This document shows, piece by piece, positions 41,060 to 51,916 of a stretch of DNA of 64,000 bases. Both the position numbers and the translations under genes were made by a program. The stretch is from assembly GCA_903834195.1 (NCBI GenBank), contig CAILIB010000037.1, positions 19 to 64,018 on the forward strand, written 5' to 3'. Under the pieces are notes generated by a model. The model saw only the letters and a program-made list of their open reading frames with translations. It was not told where the DNA came from and did no database searches. Position 1 is the stretch's first letter. Each line of letters starts with the position of its first letter. The DNA comes from an uncultured Candidatus Berkelbacteria bacterium. GTDB lineage: Bacteria; Patescibacteriota; UBA1384; CAILIB01.

Positions 41060-42561
41060 GTGTGAAAACCTACGTCAACAAACCGCTTAATGAGCTGACA
41101 ATTGAAGAAACAGCTAAAGGATTAGCTGAAGCAGTGTTCACTTCTCGTGAAATTACCGAAGTTTGCCTAGAACATATCGAACGCCACGATGGTGAAATTA
41201 ATAGTTTTGTCACAATTACGGCTGATCTAGCACGATCTCAGGCTGATGCTTCGGATGCTCGTCGGGCTTCAGGAAAAACACTTGGAATTCTCGACGGTGT
41301 GCCGTACAACTTGAAGGATGTCTTCGCAACCGATGATTCCCCAACTACAGCATCATCCCACATGCTGGAAGGTTGGGTAGCGCCGTACAATGCTACAACG
41401 TATCGCAATCTTCGTGATGCTGGAGCTGTGTTACTTGGTAAAACTAACACCGACGAATTCACCATGGGAACCTCGTCTGAAACGTCGTACTTTGGCGTAT
41501 CGCGTAATCCATGGAATCCAGAACACGTTGCTGGAGGTTCAAGTGGTGGCCCAGCTGCAAGTATTGCAGCTCATATGAGCATCTTCTCAATTGGAACCGA
41601 CACAGGCGGATCCATTCGTTTGCCGGCTGCATTTTGTGGAGTAACTGGCTTGAAGCCAACCTATGGTCGCGTCAGTCGGTTTGGTGAAATCGCCATGGCG
41701 TCATCACTTGATCAAACTGGTCCGATTACAAAAACCGTGCGCGACACCGCGATTGTACTTGAGGTACTAGCTGGTAATGATCCATTGGATGCTACGTCAT
41801 CGTCAGAAGTTGTACCTGTGTATAGTAAAGAATTAGGTGACATTAAAGGTTTGCGCATTGGTGTGCCAAAAGAGTTTTTTGGAGAGGGTGTACGTCCAGA
41901 ATTAGAAACAGTTGTTCGCACGGCAATTGCGGATCTCGAAAAAGCAGGTGCTACGGTGGTTGAAGTTTCGCTTCCTGCTGCTATTCACTCGCTTGCTGCG
42001 TACTACATTATTGCGCCGGCCGAAGTATCCTCAAACATGTCTCGCTACGATGGAATTCGTTATGGCTATTCTGTAGAGCGGGAAGAGTCCAAAGAAAATC
42101 ATACATTATACGATATTTACGCAAAAAGTCGTGCCCATGGTCTTGGTTCAGAAGTAAAGCGCCGTATTATGCTGGGTAACCACGTGCTTTCATCAGGGTA
42201 CTATGATGCGTACTATACAAAAGCTGAGCAAGTGCGTGCTGTTGTACGCGAAGAATTTGAGAACATCTTCAAAACTGAAAACATTGACGTTCTCATGGCG
42301 CCAATTTCACCAAACATTGCGTTCAAAGTAGGCGAGAAGATCAACGATCCGCTCGCAATGTACAAAGAAGATGTACTTACTGTGCCAGTCAATATTTCTG
42401 GAACGCCAGGTATGAGCGTGCCATGTGGCATTGTTGACGATTTGCCAGTCGGGTTACAAATTATCGGACCACGCTTTGGTGAAATTGCGGTTTTACGGGC
42501 AGGGGCAGCCTTCCAATCTATTACTAATCATCACCTTCAGAAAGCTAATCTCCTGTCATGA
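41056..42561 (+). CDS. gatA: Asp/Glu-tRNA amidotransferase subunit A
   Basis: GGSSGG, GTDTGGSIR, SNMSRYDG and EVKRRIMLG motifs. Confidence 0.97.
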   Translation: MSVKTYVNKPLNELTIEETAKGLAEAVFTSREITEVCLEHIERHDGEINSFVTITADLARSQADASDARRASGKTLGILDGVPYNLKDVFATDDSPTTASSHMLEGWVAPYNATTYRNLRDAGAVLLGKTNTDEFTMGTSSETSYFGVSRNPWNPEHVAGGSSGGPAASIAAHMSIFSIGTDTGGSIRLPAAFCGVTGLKPTYGRVSRFGEIAMASSLDQTGPITKTVRDTAIVLEVLAGNDPLDATSSSEVVPVYSKELGDIKGLRIGVPKEFFGEGVRPELETVVRTAIADLEKAGATVVEVSLPAAIHSLAAYYIIAPAEVSSNMSRYDGIRYGYSVEREESKENHTLYDIYAKSRAHGLGSEVKRRIMLGNHVLSSGYYDAYYTKAEQVRAVVREEFENIFKTENIDVLMAPISPNIAFKVGEKINDPLAMYKEDVLTVPVNISGTPGMSVPCGIVDDLPVGLQIIGPRFGEIAVLRAGAAFQSITNHHLQKANLLS

Positions 42562-43214
42562 AGCCGAGTACTTTAGTTATTATTGCCGTTGTATTACTCA
42601 TCCCAGTTATTGCATTTTTTGCAACTCGGGACTCATCCACTAACTCATCGCCTGTGACCACTCCAACCCCAAGTCCATCCGCTACTGGCTACACTGCTCC
42701 TGCAGATGCAGTAAGCGCAACTAAAGTTGTGCTCAAAACCGACAAAGGAAATATTACCATTGATCTCTTCCCAGACGTTGCTCCGCTCGCTGTAAAGAAT
42801 TTCGTTACTCTTGGTAAAAGTGGGTACTACACCAATACATTCTTCCACCGCATTATGAAGGACTTCATGATTCAAGGTGGTGACCCAACAGGCACAGGAA
42901 GTGGTGGTTCAAGTATTTATGGTACTGGGTTTAAAACTGAAACAAATTCAGCAAAACAGTTCCACAAGGGAACGTTAGGAATGGCTCGTACCTCAGATCC
43001 AAACTCAAATGGAAGTCAGTTCTTTATTGTTACTGCAACTGATCAACCAAGTTTGAATAATCAGTACACTGTGTTTGGTCAAGTTGACGATGATGCGTCA
43101 ATGGCAGTAGTGACAGCGATTGCAAGTGTTCCTACAACTACAAATCCAAACACTGGTGAAAATAGTGTACCGAGCGTGCAGGTTCACGTTACCGGTTTTG
43201 ATATTATTCAGTAA
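42558..43214 (+). CDS. Membrane-anchored cyclophilin-type peptidyl-prolyl isomerase
   Basis: FHRIMKDFMIQGGDP, NGSQFFI and YTVFGQV motifs; N-terminal TM. Confidence 0.93.
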   Translation: MKPSTLVIIAVVLLIPVIAFFATRDSSTNSSPVTTPTPSPSATGYTAPADAVSATKVVLKTDKGNITIDLFPDVAPLAVKNFVTLGKSGYYTNTFFHRIMKDFMIQGGDPTGTGSGGSSIYGTGFKTETNSAKQFHKGTLGMARTSDPNSNGSQFFIVTATDQPSLNNQYTVFGQVDDDASMAVVTAIASVPTTTNPNTGENSVPSVQVHVTGFDIIQ

Positions 43215-43223
43215 TATATTTTT

Positions 43224-43697
43224 ATGGCTGAGTATCGTGGAAAAAAAGGCAAGAAACAGAACTCTGAAAGTAGTGAGGCAGTAATTGTTGAAGCAATTTT
43301 ACGAGGTATTTGGACCATAATTAGCTTTCCGTTTCGTGGTAAAGCAAGTAGGGGTCCGCGAATTGCACCTGCTATTGCATCGCAACTTGCAAGTCACTGG
43401 CCTGATATCGAAACGCATCTCCACGCCCAGCAAACACTTGCGTTAGCAGTTTCTGACGCTGACAAGTTATTGGATGCAGCCATGCAGGCTGCGTCGATTC
43501 CTGGCAAGAATATGGGTGAGCGCTTAATGCAAGCAAAAAACATTTTTGGTAAAGATTTATACCAGCGTATTTGGGATGCCCACAAACTGCGTAATACTCT
43601 TGCCCACGAAATGGGTACGCAGGTATCAAGTGTTGAAGCATCATTTGCAGTTTCAACTTTTCGCTCAGCTCTGCGTGAATTAGGAGTGCCTGTATGA
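43224..43697 (+). CDS. Hypothetical helical protein
   Basis: AVSDADKLLD...GERL...WDAHKLRNTLAHE; start/stop coupled to gatB. Confidence 0.75.
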   Translation: MAEYRGKKGKKQNSESSEAVIVEAILRGIWTIISFPFRGKASRGPRIAPAIASQLASHWPDIETHLHAQQTLALAVSDADKLLDAAMQAASIPGKNMGERLMQAKNIFGKDLYQRIWDAHKLRNTLAHEMGTQVSSVEASFAVSTFRSALRELGVPV

Positions 43698-45142
43698 GTT
43701 CGCTACCGTACCGATATATTGTTGGCTTGGAAGTTCATGCCGAGCTGAACACTGAAACTAAGATGTTCTGCCGATGTGTGAATAAGCCTTTTGGTAGTGA
43801 ACCGAATACAAATGTGTGTCCGGTCTGTTTAGGGTTGCCAGGAACACTTCCGGTACCTAACCGTGAAGCAGTTAAGAAAACCATTTTGGTTGGTTTGGCA
43901 TTGGAAAGCACTATTCCAAAAATATCGAAGTGGGATCGCAAGCACTACTTTTACCCGGATAGTCCAAAGGCGTACCAGATTTCGCAGTCCGATATGCCAC
44001 TTTGTGTGGGTGGGCATTTAGATTTACTTGCGCCGGATGGTTCAGTAGAAAGTACTGTCCGATTTGAGCGAGTTCACCTAGAAGAAGATGCTGGCAAACT
44101 TCAGCATGCTGCCGGCGGAGTAAGTCACGTTGACTTAAATCGTGCTGGGGTTCCGCTGATTGAAATGGTTTCAAAACCAGACCTGACATCACCTGAACAA
44201 GCTCGGCGGTTCTTGCAGGAATTGCGACTCTTGGTTCGAGCTGTGGGTGTTTCTGATGCTGATATGGAAAAAGGTCAGATGCGTTGTGATGTGAACATTA
44301 ACATTGCATTTGAGCATGAAGGTACAACAATTAAAACACCAATTACCGAAGTCAAGAATGTGAATTCAACCCGTGCAGTTGAACGTTCAATTGCCACTGA
44401 AGCACAGCGTCAGTACGATGAATGGATGGCAGATGGCCCAATTCGTACTCGCACCAATAAGCTAACCTCGGGTTGGGATGAAGACACAAATGAGGTGAAG
44501 ATTCAGCGTGCTAAAGAAGGTGCTAACGATTATCGTTATTTTCCAGAGCCTGATATTCCACCAGTTGCAGTATACGAGCTTGCTGATCTCAATCCGAAAA
44601 CTCTCGTAAAAACCTTGCCTGAGTTGCCGAATTCAATTCGGAAACAGTATGCCAAAGAAGTTGGAGCTGATCTTGAATCTATCCTTTCTGATCGGGAAGA
44701 AATTGAGTACTTTAAGCAGTATATTGCCGAAGGTATGCCTGCAAAGGTTGTAGCAAACTGGATTAAACAGGTTCCAGATTTTCTCAGTGTTGCGCAAGAT
44801 GGTGACGTTCTTGCAGTGTATGGTCTGATTAAATCAGGTGATATGTCATTTTCGGCATTCAAAGAAAAAGTGGCACAATTTACTGCTGATCTTCATTCTT
44901 CACGCGAGCGAACAGCCAAAGATACAGCTCAGACCCTTGGCCTACTGCAAGTACATGATGAGAATGTGGTACAATCAGCTATAGCAGAAGTGATTGCTGC
45001 TAACCCGCAAGCTGTTGCTGATTATAAGTCAGGAAACGAGCGTATCATCGGATTCATCGTTGGACAGGTGATGAAAAAAGCTGCTGGCAAAGCCCAGCCA
45101 GCCCACGTGCAGGAAGCAGTTAAGGCAGAACTCGCAAAATAA
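43694..45142 (+). CDS. gatB: Asp/Glu-tRNA amidotransferase subunit B
   Basis: GLEVHAEL, YFYPD, HLEEDAGK, RCDVN and DYRYFPEPD motifs. Confidence 0.97.
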   Translation: MSSLPYRYIVGLEVHAELNTETKMFCRCVNKPFGSEPNTNVCPVCLGLPGTLPVPNREAVKKTILVGLALESTIPKISKWDRKHYFYPDSPKAYQISQSDMPLCVGGHLDLLAPDGSVESTVRFERVHLEEDAGKLQHAAGGVSHVDLNRAGVPLIEMVSKPDLTSPEQARRFLQELRLLVRAVGVSDADMEKGQMRCDVNINIAFEHEGTTIKTPITEVKNVNSTRAVERSIATEAQRQYDEWMADGPIRTRTNKLTSGWDEDTNEVKIQRAKEGANDYRYFPEPDIPPVAVYELADLNPKTLVKTLPELPNSIRKQYAKEVGADLESILSDREEIEYFKQYIAEGMPAKVVANWIKQVPDFLSVAQDGDVLAVYGLIKSGDMSFSAFKEKVAQFTADLHSSRERTAKDTAQTLGLLQVHDENVVQSAIAEVIAANPQAVADYKSGNERIIGFIVGQVMKKAAGKAQPAHVQEAVKAELAK

Positions 45143-45157
45143 TCCTAATCATACGGT

Positions 45158-46870
45158 ATGGAGTCGATGAGCGAGGGGGCTCAGTCTAGCTCTCAGGAAG
45201 AAACTGAAGAGTCTGAAGTCTCCAAAACAAGCGTTAAGAAATCAGCAGAATCCGTGCTTCCTGAAATTACAGAAGCCGATGCTGAAGAGCTTGGTGTAAC
45301 CGGACCACCGGCAAAACACAAATCTCACCTTTGGTGGTGGATATTCGGTGTTGTTGTAGTTCTCGGTGTGTTCGCAGTGTTGGTGTGGCAGTTCAAATGG
45401 TATCAGCCAGTATATGACCGCTACCAAGCTGGGTCAGTCAGTATAAAAGTTGAAGAGGACGGTAAGTTTCCGATTCAGGATGCAACACTTATTTTAAATG
45501 GTTCAACGTATACATCTAATGCAGATGGTCGCGTTGATATTTCAAGTATCGTAGCTGGCACATATACTCTTTCATTAAAAAAAGTTGGCTATCAAGATGT
45601 TGCTGCAACACTCACGTTACATCGGGGTGTAAACGATATTCAGACAGTTGCTATCACGCGTACCCCAGATAAGTTATATGCGATTAAAGGCTTTGCTCAA
45701 GACTACGTGAGCGGTCTACCAATTACCAATGTAACAGTGACATTGGGTAACACAATTCTAAAAACTGACGCTGCTGGTGCATATACATTTGATAAGCAGC
45801 TAAATGGTGACTACACGATTAGCTTAAGTAAATCTGGCTATATAAATAAGCAGCTTACAGTAACAGTTAAAGATGCAGATAGTGTTGCTGCACAGGTTCC
45901 ACTTGTTCCAGTTGGAACAGTAATCTTTACCTCAAATCAGAGTGGTAAGCGTGGGTTATATAGTATTAATTATGATGGTTCAGGCCGACAGGCAGTGGTG
46001 CCAAGTAACGGTGAAGAATACTCGCAAATGCTCTCTCCTGATGGCAAGATGATAGCCTTCTTGTCGACGCGTGATTCAGTACGAAACTCGTACGGCACAG
46101 TTGTTCCGCTTCTCTACGTATCAGGTACAGATGGTAAAAACATCAAAAAGGTCAGTGACGATATTATAAGTGGTACCGTGATCGTATGGTCACCTTCGAG
46201 TCGGTATATTTACTTTGAAGGCTACTCGGATCCTCAGCTCACAAAATCGACTAATCGCATTTTTGATGTGAGTACTGGTGTTACTCAGGATCTTGGAACA
46301 AATGATCAATGGGAAGCCTTTTCACCAGATGGTGGAACTGCGATTTATGTTACGAACACAACGGTTAATACAATTTCACAGTTTACTATTTCTACGCTCA
46401 CAATGGCGAATGGTCAGCGGACAGATTTGGTAAACCAGGGGACGGGGTATGCTTCGAATATTGTCTACGCACTCGATGGTAAGAGTATTACCTATGATAC
46501 TGTTTCTGGTGGTTCACATGTACGGTATAAGCTCGACCTTGCTTCTACAACTCCGCAGGTAATTGATGCTGTACGAGCTGATTCTCGAGTGTATGTGGTT
46601 TCGCCAGATAAGAAGTTGAAGGCATTTGTAGATACGCGTGACGGCAAAACTGACGTCTACATGGTAAAATTGGATGGCACTGCTGAACAGCGGCTAACAA
46701 CTGTTGGGGTTGCTGCTCCTGCAGGTCCAATCACTTGGGATGTTACAAGTACGTATATTACCTTCGGTTTAAAACGTGAAGGTGAACAGGCGTTGTATGT
46801 TGTTTCTACCAAAGGTGGTGAGCCTAAAAAGGTGGTAGATTATTACGACAACTCAGCGAATTCTCAGTAA
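45158..46870 (+). CDS. Membrane-anchored protein with carboxypeptidase-regulatory-like domains and a TolB-like (PD40) beta-propeller
   Basis: TM; TD..G.Y / G.YT...K.GY repeats; SPDGK, WSPS and FSPDG repeats. Confidence 0.8.
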   Translation: MESMSEGAQSSSQEETEESEVSKTSVKKSAESVLPEITEADAEELGVTGPPAKHKSHLWWWIFGVVVVLGVFAVLVWQFKWYQPVYDRYQAGSVSIKVEEDGKFPIQDATLILNGSTYTSNADGRVDISSIVAGTYTLSLKKVGYQDVAATLTLHRGVNDIQTVAITRTPDKLYAIKGFAQDYVSGLPITNVTVTLGNTILKTDAAGAYTFDKQLNGDYTISLSKSGYINKQLTVTVKDADSVAAQVPLVPVGTVIFTSNQSGKRGLYSINYDGSGRQAVVPSNGEEYSQMLSPDGKMIAFLSTRDSVRNSYGTVVPLLYVSGTDGKNIKKVSDDIISGTVIVWSPSSRYIYFEGYSDPQLTKSTNRIFDVSTGVTQDLGTNDQWEAFSPDGGTAIYVTNTTVNTISQFTISTLTMANGQRTDLVNQGTGYASNIVYALDGKSITYDTVSGGSHVRYKLDLASTTPQVIDAVRADSRVYVVSPDKKLKAFVDTRDGKTDVYMVKLDGTAEQRLTTVGVAAPAGPITWDVTSTYITFGLKREGEQALYVVSTKGGEPKKVVDYYDNSANSQ

Positions 46871-46886
46871 TAATTGGTGAAATAAT

Positions 46887-47153
46887 ATGGTATCGGCCCT
46901 CGATATACTCTACATAGTTCTTGCCCTCTGCAGCATAGTGCTCACCGTGGTTATTGTGATATTTCTCCTTGAGGCAACAGGTGCTGTTCGTGAGGTGCGC
47001 AGCATTTCTCAGAATATTGAGCATATTACAGTCCTCATTGAGCGGATTTCACAAATTGCATTCCCTGGAATAGAAAAAGCAGCCAAAAGTGCCGATTTTC
47101 TCGGGACAAAAGTCGCTGGATTTCTAAAGAAAAAGTCAGATTGGTTTAAGTAA
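46887..47153 (+). CDS. Small membrane protein (TM plus coiled coil)
   Basis: 88 aa in operon context. Confidence 0.65.
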   Translation: MVSALDILYIVLALCSIVLTVVIVIFLLEATGAVREVRSISQNIEHITVLIERISQIAFPGIEKAAKSADFLGTKVAGFLKKKSDWFK

Positions 47154-47159
47154 GCATGT

Positions 47160-48395
47160 ATGGATATGGAAACTGAAATTACCCCTGAACACACAGTACG
47201 TACAGCGTCTAAAAAACGCGGAGGACGATTTAACTTTATCTTCCTTACGGCTGGGGTTGTTGTAATTAGTTTGTTGATTGGCCTCGTTGGTGGTGTTACT
47301 GGTTTTGTAGCACTTTCAAGTGACTCTGCGTTTGGTCGCAATGTCCGCCGCATTTTTAATATTAATGCAAATAATCCTCTTCCAATTTCAACAACGAGCC
47401 GAGTAACACTTGAAGAGAGTTCAAAGGTTATTGATGCTGCCAAGAAAGTGAAACCAGCCGTGGTTTCTATTTCAGCAAGTCAGCAGGTTGAAGATTACTT
47501 CGGTCACGTCAGTTCACAAGAAGTTTCAGGTGGAACTGGATTTATCATTAGTTCTGACGGATTAATCATTACAAATAAGCACGTTGTAAGTACGGTTGGT
47601 ACCTATAAGGTTGTGCTTGATGACGGTCGTATTTTTGACGCAAAAATTCAGGCAACTGATCCATTAAATGACATTGCACTTGTAAAAATTGATGCAAAAG
47701 ATTTACCAACAGTTGAACTTGGTTCTTCAGGTGATCTTCAAGTGGGTCAATATGTGCTGGCGATTGGTAATGCGCTTGGTCAGTATAGTAACTCAGTAAG
47801 CCTTGGAATTGTGTCAGGTAAGGGTCGTAGTATTAGTGCGAGCGATGCTGGTTCAAGTAGTGAGTCGCTTAGTGGTGTAATTCAGACCGATGCTGCTATC
47901 AACCCAGGTAATTCAGGTGGCCCGCTCGTAAATATGTCAGGTCAGGTAGTGGGAATTAACACTGCCATTGCTACCAATGGTTCAGGTTCTGGTTCAATTG
48001 GGATTGGGTTCTCAATTCCAATCGACAGCGTGATTTCAGTGATTAACTCAGCTCGTAAAACTGGTCAAATTGTTCGTCCATATATTGGCGTGCGTTATGT
48101 GCCGGTTGATACGTCATTCCAGCAGCAGAATAACTTGACCGTAGATTACGGCGCATACGTAAGTCCAGGTTCAACTGCAGCACAGCCAGCAGTTGTGCCA
48201 GGAAGTCCGGCCGACAAAGCAGGTATTCTGCAAGGTGACATTCTGCTTGAACTAAACGGAGAGCGAATTAATACAGATACTCCACTCACGACACTTCTAC
48301 AGAAGTATAATCCAGGTGACACGGTAACCTTCAAGGTACTACGTAAAGGTGCCAACCAAGATATAAAGGTAACGCTTGATAAGCTCAACCCTTAA
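47160..48395 (+). CDS. HtrA/DegP-family serine protease with PDZ
   Basis: ITNKHVV, DIAL and QTDAAINPGNSGGPL motifs. Confidence 0.95.
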   Translation: MDMETEITPEHTVRTASKKRGGRFNFIFLTAGVVVISLLIGLVGGVTGFVALSSDSAFGRNVRRIFNINANNPLPISTTSRVTLEESSKVIDAAKKVKPAVVSISASQQVEDYFGHVSSQEVSGGTGFIISSDGLIITNKHVVSTVGTYKVVLDDGRIFDAKIQATDPLNDIALVKIDAKDLPTVELGSSGDLQVGQYVLAIGNALGQYSNSVSLGIVSGKGRSISASDAGSSSESLSGVIQTDAAINPGNSGGPLVNMSGQVVGINTAIATNGSGSGSIGIGFSIPIDSVISVINSARKTGQIVRPYIGVRYVPVDTSFQQQNNLTVDYGAYVSPGSTAAQPAVVPGSPADKAGILQGDILLELNGERINTDTPLTTLLQKYNPGDTVTFKVLRKGANQDIKVTLDKLNP

Positions 48396-48430
48396 ACGAA
48401 AAACCGCTCCGGAAGGAGCGGTTTTTCGTT
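48396..48430. terminator. Bidirectional terminator
   Basis: AACGAAAAACCGCTCC-GGAA-GGAGCGGTTTTTCGTT. Confidence 0.85.
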
Positions 48431-49322
48431 AGACGATGCTGATTACTCGATCGAGTCCGGCGTAGTCTTTGTGGACGGTAACAGTCTTTTTTGGGAACAC
48501 CTCGCTAATAATAGGCAGTATGAGCGGGGTTTGAGTTTCACCGTATTCAATAATGATTGCGCCATCTTTTTCGAGGTGAGTGGGGGATTCTGCGAAAAAT
48601 TTTCGGTATAGGTCGAGGCCATCGCTGCCACCAAACAGGGCGATGTCTGGCTCGTAGAATACAACATCTTGCTGGGCGGCTGGGTTCATCTTCCAGGTGT
48701 CCTCAACATAGGGGAGGTTAGCAAGGATGATGTCGAATGGTCGTTTTGTGAGCTCTGGTGCATCGAACATATCGGCTTGTACCAATTTTAATACTACATT
48801 TCCGAGGGTGACTCCACGAGAAAGGGTCTCCCAGTTCTCCTTGGCAAGTTCTAATGCTTCGTTTGAAATCTCGCTGGCGACAATCGTGGCCGGGATCGCT
48901 CGCTCTGCAAGCTCTAGAGCCACACTAATAGCGATAGATCCACAGCCGGTGCCGAGTTCAGCAACTTGTACTGGGCAGGGGAGATTGCTTTCGTGGGCAT
49001 GCGTTTTGAAGTGATCGCTAATCCATTCAACTGCCTGTGTTACGATCCCCTCTGTTTCTGGGCGAGGAATAAGTGCACGGTGGTCAATTTTAAATTCTCG
49101 ACCATAGAACTCTTTGTTGCCAGTAATATGAGCAACGGGCTCGTTCTGCTCACGACGGGTCAGGAAGGACTCGTATTGGGTTTCTTCTGCGCTTGTGAGG
49201 GTTTGCTCGGGGTAGGTGTGCAAGTGGGCACGGCTGCATTTGAGTACTGCAGCAAGTAAAACCTCAGCATCGCGGAATGAGACTGTGCGGTTGGAAACGT
49301 CGAGTGCTTGGGTGATGGTCAT
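48429..49322 (-). CDS. prmC: Release factor glutamine methyltransferase
   Basis: EPVAHI, LIPRPETE, LGTGCG and ANLPY motifs. Start moved to MTITQ. Confidence 0.94.
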   Translation of the reverse strand: MTITQALDVSNRTVSFRDAEVLLAAVLKCSRAHLHTYPEQTLTSAEETQYESFLTRREQNEPVAHITGNKEFYGREFKIDHRALIPRPETEGIVTQAVEWISDHFKTHAHESNLPCPVQVAELGTGCGSIAISVALELAERAIPATIVASEISNEALELAKENWETLSRGVTLGNVVLKLVQADMFDAPELTKRPFDIILANLPYVEDTWKMNPAAQQDVVFYEPDIALFGGSDGLDLYRKFFAESPTHLEKDGAIIIEYGETQTPLILPIISEVFPKKTVTVHKDYAGLDRVISIV

Positions 49323-49386
49323 AGTTGATTTGAAAATGGGTTCGTCCGCGCTGAAATTTCGCGCGGACGATCGGTATTGACGGGTT

Positions 49387-49803
49387 TCAGTCGGAATATT
49401 CTGGGATTTTCGCACCGTTGTCTCGGAAGAGGTTGACAAGTGGTGTGATTCCTAATTTGCTTATGCGCTCTTTATTTCCATCGCAGATGCACATAAATAA
49501 GTTGTCTGGTCCGTCTAATTGGGTGTGGAGAACTGGTATTCCTGAAAGTTTTTCAAGCAAATCTGTGTTCAAGGTGTCCGCGAAGTATCGAATTGAGAGA
49601 GCTGGTTTACCCTCTCTTACGCCGAGGTATCCGATCACATTCGGTCCGCCAAAATCGGATTTGAGGGGGAAAAAGTAGGCAGGTTCTGTACTGCCGGTGA
49701 AGGAGAAGTTTGTTTCTCGAAGTGCTTCATGAGCACAGAGCTTGATCGCGTCGATGAACGGTTTTCCAGATAGATATTCTGGAAGTAAGAGAGATTGTGT
49801 CAT
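49387..49803 (-). CDS. Hypothetical protein, paralog of 49930-50337
   Basis: Shared pattern Y(L/I)G...G.P.L(S/T)IR...SG.P(V/L)L...DG...R...G...F. Confidence 0.75.
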   Translation of the reverse strand: MTQSLLLPEYLSGKPFIDAIKLCAHEALRETNFSFTGSTEPAYFFPLKSDFGGPNVIGYLGVREGKPALSIRYFADTLNTDLLEKLSGIPVLHTQLDGPDNLFMCICDGNKERISKLGITPLVNLFRDNGAKIPEYSD

Positions 49804-49929
49804 TTCTTCCTTGAGCGGGGTTCCGCTTGAAACTACCTTATCAAATATACTCAGGAAAAGTAAGGATAAAAAGCAAAAAAATAACTTCGCCCGCGCTTTT
49901 ATGGCGCGGGCGATTGTGGCGAAGTTAAG

Positions 49930-50337
49930 TTAACTCGTCAAATGGGTTGGCGTGGTTACGCATTGTTGATTGAAGAATTCCAGAATCGATTTCCCCCCAG
50001 AAGTTATGACTCGATCCAGGTCTCCGTCATAGGGGCGCGCAATGACATCCTTGTCAGAGATTGCTTTGGCGAAGAGTAGTGGGTGACCACTGAAATTCTT
50101 GCGTTTGTTTTTATGTGAACCATCACTATGTCTGATAGTGAGAAAAGGCGCTCCATTAATGGTGCCAATATATGCGAAAATCAGGTGACGTTTATTGTCG
50201 GGACGTAGCTTGATGAAACCAACAGGGGAACCCTGTAAGTCGATGGTTGTCTCGGACAATTTAGAGACTCCAAATGTTTCAATGAATTGGCGAAAAACTT
50301 TCGCTGATGGCGACTGATCGGTTACGATATCTTCCAT
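49930..50337 (-). CDS. Hypothetical protein, paralog of 49387-49803
   Basis: Same shared pattern; 135 aa versus 138 aa. Confidence 0.75.
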   Translation of the reverse strand: MEDIVTDQSPSAKVFRQFIETFGVSKLSETTIDLQGSPVGFIKLRPDNKRHLIFAYIGTINGAPFLTIRHSDGSHKNKRKNFSGHPLLFAKAISDKDVIARPYDGDLDRVITSGGKSILEFFNQQCVTTPTHLTS

Positions 50338-50403
50338 GTTCGTGTTAGCGGATCGATTCCGCTTCCAACAACCATACCAAAAAAATCCTGTGAACGTAAG
50401 TAC

Positions 50404-51483
50404 CTAAATATTGGCCTGCAAACGGAGTTCGGCCTTATACGCATCAAGAAGAGCGGTGAGAATATCATCCATATCACCATCCAAAATCACCGGAATATTA
50501 GACCAAGACTGGTTAATGCGGTGATCGGTAATACGATCTTGGGGAAAATTGTATGTGCGAATTTTTTCGGAGCGGTCACCGGTTCCAATCTGGGAAAGGC
50601 GGGTTTGGGCACGTTCAGAAGCCAGGCGCTGACGCTCACTTTCGTAGAGGCGGGCACGCAAAACTGACATCGCGCGGGCTTTGTTTTTAATCTGAGAACG
50701 TTCGTCCTGTGACGTAACCATGACACCGGTTGGTTTGTGGGTAATACGCACGGCTGAGTCAGTTGTGTTCACGTGCTGTCCACCTGCACCACTTGAGCGG
50801 TACACGTCAATTTGCAGGTCAGAATCGAGAATCTCGATATCTGCCTCCTCTGCCTCAGGTAAAATAGCTACAGTGGCAGCTGAAGTGTGAATACGACCCA
50901 TCTTTTCGGTTTCAGGAACTCGTTGTACACGGTGTACACCACTTTCAAACTGGAGGGCACGAAAAACCTCGTCGCCAATAATACTGGCCACGACTTCTTT
51001 AATGCCGCCAAGTTCGGAGCGGTTCAAACTGGTAACTTCAACTTTCCAGCCAACCTTTTCAGCATAACGACTGTACATCCTGAATAATTCACCGGCGAAA
51101 AGCTCGGCTTCATCACCGCCAGTACCGGCTCGAATTTCCAGAATTACATTCTTGCTCTCATCTGGATTACTTGGGAGAAGCATATCTTCAAGCTGAGTAT
51201 CAATGGTGGCTTTTTGAGTGCGAAGATCTTCAAGTTCCATCTCAGCCATTCCGGCGAGATCGGCATCACCCGCAGTGAGGAGTTCTTCGTTATCGGCGAT
51301 CTGCTTTACCAATGCTTCTTGCTGTTCATAAAGCTTAATGAGTGACGTCACTTTTTGGTGACGACGGTTCACATCAGCAGCTTTGCGCTGGTCATCATAC
51401 AAAGAACTGTCCTGGAGGGCCAGAGACAGCTCTTCGTGCTCCGAGCGGAGCGATGCCAAATTGGAGCTAGGCGTTGGATTCAT
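50404..51483 (-). CDS. prfA: Peptide chain release factor 1
   Basis: [19 protein letters not shown] (PxT), GAGGQHVN and RTYNFPQ motifs. Start moved to MNPTP. Confidence 0.96.
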   Translation of the reverse strand: MNPTPSSNLASLRSEHEELSLALQDSSLYDDQRKAADVNRRHQKVTSLIKLYEQQEALVKQIADNEELLTAGDADLAGMAEMELEDLRTQKATIDTQLEDMLLPSNPDESKNVILEIRAGTGGDEAELFAGELFRMYSRYAEKVGWKVEVTSLNRSELGGIKEVVASIIGDEVFRALQFESGVHRVQRVPETEKMGRIHTSAATVAILPEAEEADIEILDSDLQIDVYRSSGAGGQHVNTTDSAVRITHKPTGVMVTSQDERSQIKNKARAMSVLRARLYESERQRLASERAQTRLSQIGTGDRSEKIRTYNFPQDRITDHRINQSWSNIPVILDGDMDDILTALLDAYKAELRLQANI

Positions 51484-51745
51484 CCTTGGCGGATGTTTCA
51501 GCTTTTGCGGCCTGACGAACAAGAAGTTCAGCCTGACGGGTTTCAGCAAGCTTTTGACGAGCCTGGAACTTATCTACGCGTCCTGCTGTGTCAACGAGCT
51601 TTGACTTACCGGTGTACAGTGGGTGACACTGTGCACAGATTTCTACGCGAAGGTCACCTTCTTTTGTGGAGCCGGTTTGAAACGTGCTTCCGCAAGCGCA
51701 GGAAACGGTAATCTGGTGGTAGGTTGGGTGTGTTTTGGTTTTCAT
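51467..51745 (-). CDS. rpmE: 50S ribosomal protein L31 (Zn-binding type)
   Basis: HPTY..CACG...[10 protein letters not shown]...GRVDKF. Confidence 0.96.
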   Translation of the reverse strand: MKTKTHPTYHQITVSCACGSTFQTGSTKEGDLRVEICAQCHPLYTGKSKLVDTAGRVDKFQARQKLAETRQAELLVRQAAKAETSAKDESNA

Positions 51746-51916
51746 AGCTCTTGGATTGTATCAAAGGTTGACGATAATTGGAAGTACCCGGGGATTCATT
51801 GTGGTTCAGAAGGCTCTACAGGTTGACAAATCTGTTGTTTTGTGATAGAATTTTGGCCATCAACAGGTTAGGGAAACCTTTTACCTGTGTTGCCGCGATT
51901 GCGCGGAGGGAACCAA

